A DNA stretch of 64,000 nt, from NCBI GenBank assembly GCA_963662615.2, contig CAXXSR010000002.1, forward strand, positions 32,001-96,000, given 5' to 3'. The stretch comes from Dehalococcoidia bacterium. GTDB taxonomy: Bacteria; Chloroflexota; Dehalococcoidia; Bin125. Under the pieces are notes generated by a model, which worked only from the letters and a program-made list of their open reading frames with translations, was not told the origin of the DNA and searched no databases. Positions 1 to 8,910 of the stretch are shown piece by piece (positions within the stretch are counted from its first letter, which is position 1; each line of letters starts with the position of its first letter). The position numbers and the translations under genes were made by a program.

Positions 1-187
1 ATCGAGGCCCATCCCATCGTCCGTGTAGCGCACCAGTTCCGCGACCATGATCGCCCCCTTTCGGCGTGTCCATGGACGCTCTGGCGGGGGACGAAGTCAA
101 GCGAAAACCGGAGCAGAACTTTTGCAGTCCGCTGCTCCAGGCCCGAGTTCGGGCGGGTTTTCGGCGTGTCCTATTAATGAAGCGGGG

Positions 188-263
188 TGGTGGGCCCTCA
201 GGGATTCGAACCCTGGACCTTCGGATTAAAAGTCCGCTGCTCTGCCAACTGAGCTAAGGGCCC
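188..263 (-). tRNA. tRNA-Lys (anticodon TTT), CCA encoded
   Basis: Reverse complement GGGCCCTTAGCTCAGTTGGCAGAGCAGCGGACTTTTAATCCGAAGGTCCAGGGTTCGAATCCCTGAGGGCCCACCA: 76 nt cloverleaf, GGTTCGAATCC T-arm, CT-TTT-AA anticodon loop. Confidence 0.97.
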
Positions 264-468
264 ACCGCAGTGTGCGCGAGATGCCGATACCTGTCGAGCA
301 GCCACGGTCTCAGATCAGACAGAAGCCCCCAGGAACTGGACGACATCCTGCGTCGGCGCCGACTGCTGCCATCCGGATGCCCCCAAAACATTGTGAGCGC
401 TCAACCGCCGGCGGCCGGATTGTCGCGGTCCACTTCGGAACGGACTTGGCGCGACAGGCTTGACGACC

Positions 469-939
469 TCAGCGGGGCGACCGGGCGCGGACAGCGTCGC
501 GGCATCCGCTCGAGATGCGCAGGCATGGAGGGGTGAGGCGCAGAACCAATTCGGCAGCAAGGAGCAAGCCCCCAGCGCCGAGCACCAACCACAGCATCGG
601 TGGCGGGCCTGCTGATGAATCTGCATCCCTGGGTTCGACTACCCCCGCTGGCAGGAAGCGGGGAGCTTTGGGCGCCCCGCCTGAGCTGATTGCAGCGCTC
701 ATGGCCATCGACGCCGCTACCCCCGTACGGGCTGCTCGGACGGCCGTCTCCATCCACCGCGCGCGCACGGCGTTGTGCCACGAGCCAACGAACCGTGGAC
801 TCGCAGAGACGGCGATCACCAAGTCATCGCCGTGTCCGCTGGGCGCGGGAGCCGCGGCAATGGCTCGCGTGCCCCCTATGAAGGACAGCACCACGATTGC
901 GACAGCGGCTACCAATGTGGAATTGCGGATGCGCATCAC
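469..939 (-). CDS. Hypothetical exported protein with signal peptide and C-terminal membrane anchor
   Basis: N-terminal MRIRNSTLVAAVAIVVLSFIGG...AIA signal-like segment; LPAG followed by hydrophobic MLWLVLGAGGLLLAAELVLR. Confidence 0.5.
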   Translation of the reverse strand: MMRIRNSTLVAAVAIVVLSFIGGTRAIAAAPAPSGHGDDLVIAVSASPRFVGSWHNAVRARWMETAVRAARTGVAASMAMSAAISSGGAPKAPRFLPAGVVEPRDADSSAGPPPMLWLVLGAGGLLLAAELVLRLTPPCLRISSGCRDAVRARSPR

Positions 940-1401
940 GCTTCCGAGTTCGCCCCCGGCACCAGGCGGACTACTCTACGCGTCACGTCAACTCCGCTGC
1001 AACTCCTGTCTGAGACTGCCGCGGAAACCCCACGAGGTTCCGCAAGTGTCGGCTCTCTGCCACGACGACCCTTCGCCAGGGCTGCGGTCGGCCGGGTCGG
1101 AACGTCCGGGAGGTTGGGCGGATAGGATGCGCAGCCGGCGCCCCACGTCCTAGGCCCATGGATCGCGGACGTTCGCCCCTCTACGGGCCACGTCTCCACT
1201 GGCCGATGCTTGTTCTTTGGCGGCGGTCTGGCCTTGGCCGCCGTTGCCGGGCGAACGTGGGCAGTTCTGTGACGACGCCGCAGAATCGTCCGGTTGGGCC
1301 TGGCGAGCCAGCGTCGGACGGTGTTGGCGAGGTCGGGCCGGACTTTACTGCTCGGCGCTCTACCCGCTGATGTACCCTCAACTCACGAGAAAGGTGAACC
1401 G

Positions 1402-1734
1402 ATGCGGCCAGTGGCCCAGCATGTCTCGTTCTTCACTGCCAGGGCGAAACCGCGGAGGCGCGGGGCGGTGCTACGCCACTTCGAGAAGTGGGACCGCGAG
1501 CAGCGGCGCCACACGAAGGGCTTTCTCTGCTCCTCCGTCGCGGCGGGGCGAGACGACCCGAACGAGATCAGGGGCGCGGTATACTGGGACCGCAGCCGCA
1601 ACGACTACGCCAGTGCGGGACGGCTAGCGCAGAGCCAGAGGCGCCGGCGGTTGGTGGCGCTGCCGCAGAAGCCGCCACATTGGTGGGACGGCATGATCGG
1701 CGTAAAAACCCGCCGCGGCCGTCGAGAGACCTAG
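1402..1734 (+). CDS. Antibiotic-biosynthesis-monooxygenase (ABM)-like small protein, possibly degenerate
   Basis: FTARAKP...FEKWDREQ...GFLCS...DDPNEIRGAVYWD...P.WWDG resembles ABM dimeric alpha/beta barrel; AAAGGTG RBS before ATG 1402; unusually Arg-rich. Confidence 0.5.
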   Translation: MRPVAQHVSFFTARAKPRRRGAVLRHFEKWDREQRRHTKGFLCSSVAAGRDDPNEIRGAVYWDRSRNDYASAGRLAQSQRRRRLVALPQKPPHWWDGMIGVKTRRGRRET

Positions 1735-1867
1735 TTTTCGCGTTCTTCGCGCTCGGAGCGAACGGAGGACTCGCTCTACTGCGACGCGACCCGCGTGCAG
1801 GAGCGCGAGATCTCGCGGCGAATCGCCTCGACTCGGTACTACCTGCGCTTGGAGAGAGGAGAGCGGG

Positions 1868-2809
1868 ATGGAGCAGATACGGGCGGTGGTGGTGGATCCG
1901 GCTGCAACAGGCCGCCTCGTCATCGGGGAATTCCCGCCGCCGTCCCCTGATCCCTCCGAAGCGCTCATCCGCGTTGCGGCCTTCTCCCTCAACCTGGGCG
2001 AGGTGCGCCGGTCGCGGGCGGCCCAGGCGGGAGCGCGGCCGGGTTGGGATCTCGCTGGCACGGTCGAACGGGCGGCGGCGGACGGGAGCGGGCCGCCGCT
2101 GGGCGCGCGCGTCGTCGGCCTGCTGCTCGCTGGGTCCTGGGCGGAGATTGTAGCGGTACCGACGAACGCCCTTGCCGTGGTGCCCGACGCTGTCTCTCTC
2201 GCCCAGGCGGCCACGCTCCCCATCGCCGGCCTCACGGCGCTGTACTCCCTCGACACCTGCGGAGCGCTCCTCGGCCGAACCCTCTTGGTCACGGGCGCCT
2301 CCGGCGGCGTTGGCCATTTCGCCTGCCAGCTCGCTCGGCGCGCGGGTGCGCGTGTGATCGCGTCGGTCCGGCGGCCTGAGCGCGAGCAGTATGCGCGCGA
2401 CGCGGGCGCCCACACGGTCGTCAGTGGCGAGGACCTGTCGCAGGCAGCGCCGTTCGGCCCCTATGACTTCATTCTGGAATCTGTTGGGGGCACGTCTCTT
2501 ACCTCCACGCTGTCCATGCTGGCTCCCCAAGGTCTCTGCGTGCTCTACGGCGTCTCCGCCTCCACGGACGTGACGTTCGATGCCGGTCAGTTCATGCGGA
2601 CTGGCGGGGCCAGGCTCTACGGCTTCATCGTCTTCCACGAGCTAAAAAGGAAGCCGGCGTCGGATGGGCTCGCTCGCCTGGTCGACTTCGTTACTCGCGG
2701 CCAACTGCACCCGCACATTGAAGTGGAGACGCCCTGGACCGAGATCGGTGAGGTCGCGCAGACGCTCTTCGACCGTGGCATCGCCGGCAAGGCCGTGCTG
2801 CTCCTGTAG
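1868..2809 (+). CDS. Medium-chain dehydrogenase/reductase (NADPH:quinone oxidoreductase-like)
   Basis: PGWDLAGTV, AATLPIAGLTA, LVTGASGGVG Rossmann motif, terminal GKAVL; GGAGAG RBS. Confidence 0.92.
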   Translation: MEQIRAVVVDPAATGRLVIGEFPPPSPDPSEALIRVAAFSLNLGEVRRSRAAQAGARPGWDLAGTVERAAADGSGPPLGARVVGLLLAGSWAEIVAVPTNALAVVPDAVSLAQAATLPIAGLTALYSLDTCGALLGRTLLVTGASGGVGHFACQLARRAGARVIASVRRPEREQYARDAGAHTVVSGEDLSQAAPFGPYDFILESVGGTSLTSTLSMLAPQGLCVLYGVSASTDVTFDAGQFMRTGGARLYGFIVFHELKRKPASDGLARLVDFVTRGQLHPHIEVETPWTEIGEVAQTLFDRGIAGKAVLLL

Positions 2810-2893
2810 GCCGGCCCCGGCGTTCCCAGGCCCGCGGACATGGAGTGGGCCGGCCTTCCCCCCGCTCGCCCGCTGCAATATCGAGGTAGACAA

Positions 2894-4147
2894 TCACGCT
2901 CGCCGAATGCCGACGTATAGGACGAGCGCGGCTGTCGCCGCAAAGGCGGCCCAAACCCAAGCCGGAGCGGACGAGCTGCCGCCAGCTGCCAGGCCGCCAT
3001 TTCCAGCGGCGGGCAAGACGGCAGGCGATCGCATGACCTTGAAGACGTTGTGGCTCTCTTGCCCGGTCACGTAGACGATCCCGTCCGGTGTGACCGCGAT
3101 GCCTGCCAGCTCGCTGAGCGCGTGGATTCCGTCACCGCCGGCGTCCAGGATCTGCGTGATTGAGCCGTCCGGAGTGACGCGGAACACGTTGTCGCTCCGG
3201 AAACCGAGCACGTACACGTTGCCCGCGGCATCGATGGCGACATCCACGGGCGTGTCAAGCGCGTGCATCCCGTCGCCTGTGGAATCAAGAATCTGAGTAA
3301 CGCGGCCGCTCGGCTCGAGTTTGAACACATTGTCGCTCGTGAATCCCGCCACGTACACGTTCCCGTCCGGACCGGCCGCAACGTCCGCTGGCCCGTCGAG
3401 CGCGTGCCTCCCATCGCCAGTCGCGTCGAGGACTTGCGTGATAGAACCGTCCGAGCGGATCCGAAACACGTTGCCCGTGCGTTCCGCACTGACATAAACG
3501 TTGCCCGCCGCATCAGCGGTGATCCCCGTCGGAATGTCGAGAGCGTTCATCCCGTCGCCATTCTTGTCGATGATCTGCGTCACGATTCCGCCTGGAGTGA
3601 TCCGGAACACGTTGTCGCTAAGGATGCCCACGACGTATACGTTTTCAGCTCGGTCGATGATGATCTCAGTGCCACCCATGAACCGACCCAATCCGGCGCC
3701 CGTTGCGTCAAGGATCGTGGTAACGACGCCGTCCGGCGTCCTCTCGTAGAGGAACTGGGTATTGGTTGGATCCTCGCCACGCGCTGTGACGTAGACTGCA
3801 CCATCGCCACGGACTGCCACGCGCTCTGGGATACTGAGCCCATGCACTCCATCGCCACTCGCATCCAGGATCTGCTTGATGGTGCCGTCCGGTGCGATCC
3901 GAAAGACGTTATCGCTCTTTAGTCCGACGACATACACGTTCCCGTCTCGATCAACAGCAATGCCCCGGGGGGAACGGAGGGCATGCGTGCCATCACCACT
4001 CGCATCGAGGATTTGTGTGACGGTATAGCGCTCGTCGCGGCCGTCCGCGTTCGCAGGGGCGAATAGAACCGCAACCGCCGCCAGAGCGGCAAAGGACAGC
4101 AGCCCAAGAACCATCGCCCGCCTCCGCAACGCGACGCGCATGCTCAA
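2894..4147 (-). CDS. Secreted NHL-like seven-repeat beta-propeller with LPxxG sorting signal
   Basis: Signal peptide; seven ~47-aa repeats TQILDxxGDGxHALxxPxxIAVDxxGNVYVxGxxSDNVFRIxPDG; C-terminal LPAAGNGG + TM helix + RRA. Start may be 4141 or 4114. Confidence 0.88.
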   Translation of the reverse strand: MSMRVALRRRAMVLGLLSFAALAAVAVLFAPANADGRDERYTVTQILDASGDGTHALRSPRGIAVDRDGNVYVVGLKSDNVFRIAPDGTIKQILDASGDGVHGLSIPERVAVRGDGAVYVTARGEDPTNTQFLYERTPDGVVTTILDATGAGLGRFMGGTEIIIDRAENVYVVGILSDNVFRITPGGIVTQIIDKNGDGMNALDIPTGITADAAGNVYVSAERTGNVFRIRSDGSITQVLDATGDGRHALDGPADVAAGPDGNVYVAGFTSDNVFKLEPSGRVTQILDSTGDGMHALDTPVDVAIDAAGNVYVLGFRSDNVFRVTPDGSITQILDAGGDGIHALSELAGIAVTPDGIVYVTGQESHNVFKVMRSPAVLPAAGNGGLAAGGSSSAPAWVWAAFAATAALVLYVGIRRA

Positions 4148-4163
4148 GACCCTCTCTGCAGCC

Positions 4164-4190
4164 AGACGGCGCAGGAGCCCGTGAGGTTCC
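4164..4190 (-). promoter_or_regulatory. ECF sigma-factor-type promoter for the beta-propeller gene
   Basis: Minus strand GGAAC-N17-CGTCT just upstream of the start. Confidence 0.55.
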
Positions 4191-4552
4191 GCTCAATCTT
4201 AAGACAGCTCGCTGCCCGCTTGAGTCGATCATGGAACGAGACCTCGGGGAAGCCCAAACGGGCGAAGTCGTCCGTCTCGGCTCGGGTTCCAGCAGCCCGC
4301 AGCGTGTCTGAGTGCAGGGACTGGGCGCAGGGGCACGGACTGCTGTAGAATCGACCACGCCTTCGACCCCGCCCGCTGCAAGACGAGCCAGATCGACGCA
4401 ACGGGGTGCCGCGGGGCCGGCAACCCCAGGTCGTCGTCGGTCGCGGCACACGCGATCGGGGATCGTCGGCGATGCGGGGCGTCGAGCATCTGGACACGCC
4501 GGCGACACCGTCTCGCACGGGGCGGGGCTTGAAGTCGCCGGGGGAGGCTGAA

Positions 4553-5347
4553 ATGGCAACGTCACTGACCGATGCGCAGGTGCAAGAGGCTGCAGACTTC
4601 CTGCTGGCGACGCGTGCGACTGGGGGGTCGATCGACCCCATCCCGGAGGGGTGCCGGCCGGCGACCATCGCGGACGGATGCCGGGTCTCGGAGGTCGTTG
4701 CGCGCGGGCTGAACAAACGGCCGGTCGGTTGGAAGGCGGGCGCCTCAAGCCCCGCGGCGATGCGGGAGCTCGGGTCCGACGCCCCACCCAGCGGCCCCTT
4801 GTACGACGGGATGTTGCGGGACAGTCCCGCCCAGCTGCGTGCGGCTGACTATCAGACATGCGTCATTGAGGCCGAGATCGCGTTCCGCTTGGCGCACGAC
4901 CTACCCCCGCGCGACGCACCGTACACAGAGGATGAAGTCCGTGACGCCGTCGCATCCGCGCACATCGCCATTGAAGCGCCCAACGTCCGCTTCGCTGCCG
5001 GCCGTGAGATCGGGCTGCCCAGCATCATCGCCGACGGTTTCGCCGCCCAGTCCCTCGTCATCGGACCGGCGATCGAACGCTGGCGCGAAGACGACCTCAC
5101 CAAACTCGACGTGGAATTGCTCTTCGACGGGGATGTCATTGCGCGCGGCTTCGAGGGCGACGCACGCTGCGATCCCCTGGCGGTCTTGCGCGCGGTGGCG
5201 AACGACCTCTCACGACGGGGCATGGGGCTCGCGGCGGGTCAGGTCGTCACGACCGGCGCCGCCGCGCCGGCGACACCGGCCCAGCCGGGCCAGACCGCCA
5301 TTGCGCGATTCGCCGGCATCGGCGACGTGGTTGCCACGCTGGCGTAG
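4553..5347 (+). CDS. 2-keto-4-pentenoate hydratase / fumarylacetoacetate hydrolase family protein
   Basis: GWKAG, IEAEIAFRL, AIE, IADG, GQVVTTG motifs; GGAGG RBS before ATG 4553. Confidence 0.9.
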   Translation: MATSLTDAQVQEAADFLLATRATGGSIDPIPEGCRPATIADGCRVSEVVARGLNKRPVGWKAGASSPAAMRELGSDAPPSGPLYDGMLRDSPAQLRAADYQTCVIEAEIAFRLAHDLPPRDAPYTEDEVRDAVASAHIAIEAPNVRFAAGREIGLPSIIADGFAAQSLVIGPAIERWREDDLTKLDVELLFDGDVIARGFEGDARCDPLAVLRAVANDLSRRGMGLAAGQVVTTGAAAPATPAQPGQTAIARFAGIGDVVATLA

Positions 5348-5513
5348 CTCCCCCGCGCGCGATGGCCACCGCGTTCGGAGCGACCGCGCCGAGACGATTC
5401 GCCCTGCAAAAGGCGAGCGCTGTCTCAGCCGGCGCCGTCCGCCATCCCCCGCGACGGCGAACGATCGCGGCGCTTGCCATGCCGGCGAAAGTCGCCACCC
5501 ATCCATCGGCCCG

Positions 5514-6368
5514 TCACGTCGCGGGGGCAACGAGTCGCTCGCTGATCTCCCACAATCGTCGTGCCGCGTCCCCGTCCGCGGCGGCGCCTGACAGGTGCTC
5601 CCGCTTCATCCGCTTGAAGTAGGCCCCGCTTGGCGCGCTGATGTCCGCGGCCGTTGCCAGGAGCACAATGGGCGCCGCCCCCTTGCTCGGAGACATGAGG
5701 AAGCGCTTCACAACCCACCACCCAACCCCTTCCAGCCCCGTCAGCTCGCCGTCGCCTCCGAGCTCGGTTCGGACTGTGCCCGGGTGCACGGCGTAGACAG
5801 TCACGTCCCCTTCGCCCAGCCGACGGGCCAGCTCCCGGGTGAAGTAGATGTTGGCCAGCTTCGACGCGGCGTAAGCCCGCAGGGCGCTGTAGCCCCCTTC
5901 GAGCTGCAGGTCGTCGAAGTTGAGCCCATCGCGCTCCCGCCGGTATGTCTGTGAGCTCACGTTGATGATGCGAGCAGGGGCACTGGCCTGGAGCCGGTCC
6001 AGCAGCAACGAGGTCAAGAGGAAATGCCCCAAGTGGTTCACCTGGAACGTGACCTCGTAGCCGTCCGCGCTGATCGCCCGCCGGGACCGAATCGTGCCGG
6101 CGTTGTTCACCAGTACGTCCAGGCGGTCATACCGTTCCCGGAAGATTGATGCACACCGGCGCACCGACGCGAGATCGGCCAGGTCCAGCGCCAGCCAGTC
6201 CACGGCGGCGCTGCCGTTCTCCCTCCGTACCGCCGCCACGGCGGCTTCGCCCCGCTCCGATCGACGCGCGGCAATGACGACGCGGAAGTTCTGCTGCGCG
6301 AGCGCGAGCGCCACCGCATTGCCGATCCCTGCGTTGCCGCCGGTGATCAACGCCGTGGGTGCGGACAT
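5514..6368 (-). CDS. Short-chain dehydrogenase/reductase (retinol-DH-like)
   Basis: TGGNAGIG, NNAG, VNHLGHF, YAASK, VHPGTVRT. Confidence 0.95.
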   Translation of the reverse strand: MSAPTALITGGNAGIGNAVALALAQQNFRVVIAARRSERGEAAVAAVRRENGSAAVDWLALDLADLASVRRCASIFRERYDRLDVLVNNAGTIRSRRAISADGYEVTFQVNHLGHFLLTSLLLDRLQASAPARIINVSSQTYRRERDGLNFDDLQLEGGYSALRAYAASKLANIYFTRELARRLGEGDVTVYAVHPGTVRTELGGDGELTGLEGVGWWVVKRFLMSPSKGAAPIVLLATAADISAPSGAYFKRMKREHLSGAAADGDAARRLWEISERLVAPAT

Positions 6369-6414
6369 GTTCCAATTCTGCCACAGTCGCGCGAAGTTTT
6401 GGGACGCGCCCCAC

Positions 6415-7545
6415 TTAGCGCCGTAGCTGCTCCACGCTGCGCAGCGGACGCCCGTCGCTGGTGGTCAGCGGGACCGTCACCGGCTCCTGGTGTGCCCCGA
6501 ACGTTGGCAGCCACGATGAGTGCTTGCCCGGCCCGCCCGCCACGATGACGTGGATATACTCCGGCGCCTCGGCAATGGCGAGTTCGCTGTCTTCGTCGAT
6601 GACGAGCGGCGTATCCGGATCGTGCGTGGCGACCATCTCGCGGAACTCCTCCGAGAGCTTGCGGGCTGGGAAGCGGGCGTTCGTCCACAGGTACTCCTGC
6701 ACCGCCTCGCGGCTCCAGCCCTCCGCCGCAATGGTGGCGGCATGCTCGGGGCCCAGAGCGAGAAACGGCTCTCCCTGGCTCCAAATGTTGTTGCTGCCGG
6801 CCTGCCCCATGGCTCCGGCAACGGTACGAAGGATGCCCTCAGCCGTGTTGCTGCCGTGGTCCTGGATGTTGTGGGGCCCCTCGCAGGCGCAGATGGTCAC
6901 CGCACTCTGCTCGGGCCGCAATCCGCGCGTTGTATGAAAGGGTGGCCACGGGCTGGCATCCTCACGCTCGGCAATGCACAGAGCGAACTTGGCCGGCGTC
7001 CCCTGCGTGGCGCGGTCGCCGCGGCCGGGCACTGCCCGACCAACGTTGAGGAGCACCAGTCGCACCGCCCGACCAATGGCAGCGTTGGCGGGGAAGGTCG
7101 GCCCGAAGCAGCCGCTGCCGCTGTGGATGCCGACCTCCGGCCCCACCGGGCCATTGACCAACACGAAGATGGCGCAGGGGTGCGTGGTGGCGTTGACGGA
7201 ATCGATGTTGAAGGCGGGGTTGGCGAGGCCGCGAACGGCCGCCACCACGATGGGGAAGTGGCGCGGCTCGCAGCCGGCCATCACGGCGTTCACCGCAACG
7301 GCCTGCACCGTCGCCTCGCCCTGGCCCGGAGCAATCACGGCCAGCACGTCAAGGGGGGCAAGATCGCAGTAGCGGAGCATGCTGTCGACCCGCTCCTCGG
7401 TGGGCGGGATCAGCGGCAGGCCATCCGACCAGCCCCTCGCAATGCCCTCGCGGTGAAAGGCCTCGGCGTCGGCCGGCAGCTCGAGCGCCTCTGCCCAACG
7501 GCCACCGCCCAGCAACGACGGCGGCGCGCTACTGCTCGGGCTCAT
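6415..7545 (-). CDS. Conserved uncharacterised protein, partner of the UGSC selenoprotein
   Basis: GWSDGLPLIPPTEERV, AVNAVMAGC, ATT, ANAAIGRAVRL, ATQGTP, VAGGPGKHS motifs; 13 bp downstream of the UGSC gene. Confidence 0.85.
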   Translation of the reverse strand: MSPSSSAPPSLLGGGRWAEALELPADAEAFHREGIARGWSDGLPLIPPTEERVDSMLRYCDLAPLDVLAVIAPGQGEATVQAVAVNAVMAGCEPRHFPIVVAAVRGLANPAFNIDSVNATTHPCAIFVLVNGPVGPEVGIHSGSGCFGPTFPANAAIGRAVRLVLLNVGRAVPGRGDRATQGTPAKFALCIAEREDASPWPPFHTTRGLRPEQSAVTICACEGPHNIQDHGSNTAEGILRTVAGAMGQAGSNNIWSQGEPFLALGPEHAATIAAEGWSREAVQEYLWTNARFPARKLSEEFREMVATHDPDTPLVIDEDSELAIAEAPEYIHVIVAGGPGKHSSWLPTFGAHQEPVTVPLTTSDGRPLRSVEQLRR

Positions 7546-7558
7546 TCGGCAACGCCGT

Positions 7559-8092
7559 TCATGCGGAGTCCGTCAGCGCGGCCAACAGCTCGTCCACCGT
7601 GGGCGTCGCCTTCGTTCGCACGGCCTCCGGCTTGAGTCCGCCAATCGGATGCGGCACCAGCACGTGTGCCAAGTCAGGGAGACCGCGCTGCTCGGCCTCT
7701 AGATGGAGCAGATCCGTGAACTCGTCGGTGCCCACGGTCACGGTGGGGATTCCCTTGCTCTCCAACAGGACGGCGGCGTGGACACTCCACGTCGTGCACG
7801 ATCCTCAATCGCTTGACCCGACGAGGACGAAGTCACATTGGGAGGTGAGTCGCTCGACGGCGGCGCGGCTGGGCGGGCCCGCCACCGGCTTCCTTTCCAC
7901 CGTCAGATCACCCAGGGACGCCCGCCCCCGCAGCGCTTCAACCATCGCCTCCATTAGGACGCGCGCGTTCGCCTTGCGGTTCTCAAGGATGCCGGGGCGT
8001 AACCCCTCCAGCGACGCTGGCCGCGCCGCCGCCTCCATTTCCGGGATGCGGGCGTGCCCAACCGGGCTGAGAATGCGGACAGTATTCGCCAT
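7559..8092 (-). CDS. UGSC-family selenoprotein (Sec at TGA 7805-7807), 177 aa
   Basis: ORFs 7805..8092 and 7559..7765 are in one frame; read-through gives ...LVGSSD-U-GSCTTWSVHAAVLLESKGIPTV...; UxxC motif and downstream hairpin. Confidence 0.9.
7777..7791 (-). promoter_or_regulatory. Putative bacterial SECIS hairpin
   Basis: mRNA CGUGGA-GUG-UCCACG stem-loop starting 14 nt after the UGA, apical G 20 nt downstream. Confidence 0.65.
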
Positions 8093-8349
8093 CGGCTTTA
8101 CTCCTCATCCAGCTTGGCGTCGACGAGCCCGTTGAAAGCGGCTGCCGGGAGCGGGGATCAGTCTGGCACCCTCATCGTGGTCCCGAAGTTCGGGGAGGAT
8201 CGCTCCCGCCATCCAGGCGGTTCGCGGCGGGTCCTCGCGGGATGCGCAAGATCTGACGCCGATCTCGATGCCGCTGCCGTCCATCGCTATCCTCCCCGCA
8301 CGGGAGCCGTCAGGGTAGTCTACCGCCAGAGACGAGAGGAGCGCGCCAC

Positions 8350-8721
8350 ATGCGAATCGTTCGCTTTTACACCGGCAGCGACAACCAGTCCCATTTCGAG
8401 GAGATCGACGTCCCCCTCGGCAACGCCCGCAGCGGCCGCGAGTCCGAACTGCTGGCCGCCAGGGGCGTGATCTTTCGGGAGACGGAGGCCGGGCAGGAGA
8501 TGGATTTTCATAATGCGCCGCGCCGGCAGTTCGTCATCAACCTAGAAGGCGAGTTCGAGATCGAATGTGGCGACGGCAGCAAGCGACGCTTCGGCCCCGG
8601 CGAGATCGTCCTGGCCGACGATACCACGGGACAGGGACACATCACCCGATCCATGGGGCGCCGGCGCATGCTCTTCGTCGCGCTGCCCGATGATTTTGAC
8701 GTGGATTCGTTGCGCGGCTGA
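8350..8721 (+). CDS. Cupin-domain protein
   Basis: FYTGSDNQSHFE, DFHNAPRRQFVINLEG, DDTTGQGH; GAGGAG RBS. Confidence 0.9.
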   Translation: MRIVRFYTGSDNQSHFEEIDVPLGNARSGRESELLAARGVIFRETEAGQEMDFHNAPRRQFVINLEGEFEIECGDGSKRRFGPGEIVLADDTTGQGHITRSMGRRRMLFVALPDDFDVDSLRG

Positions 8722-8862
8722 AGCCGGCGGGCGGCTCGCCTGCCCCACGAGTCTGGCCCCTGAGCGCCGCCGTGCGGCGCGCTGGCGCGGTGGGAGGGGG
8801 AACCTCGCGTCGCATCTTTGGCGGTAGCGACCTACAGGTGAAAGCCCGCTTGTGCACTTCGC

Positions 8863-8880
8863 CTTCATCTCCTCTTCATC
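8863..8880 (+). promoter_or_regulatory. OmpR/PhoB-type direct-repeat site upstream of the response regulator
   Basis: CTTCATC-tcct-CTTCATC, 11-bp period; same motif recurs at 11015-11032. Confidence 0.7.
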
Positions 8881-8910
8881 TCCCCCGTGCGACAATCAAC
8901 GGACGTCACA

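Noticed and set aside
1-73. Partial minus-strand CDS MDTPKGAIMVAELVRYTDDGMGLD
   Set aside because: Only 24 codons visible, no RBS and no recognisable motif.
515-1153. 212-aa plus-strand ORF
   Set aside because: Low-complexity Ala/Arg/Pro product overlapping a better minus-strand candidate with signal peptide and anchor.
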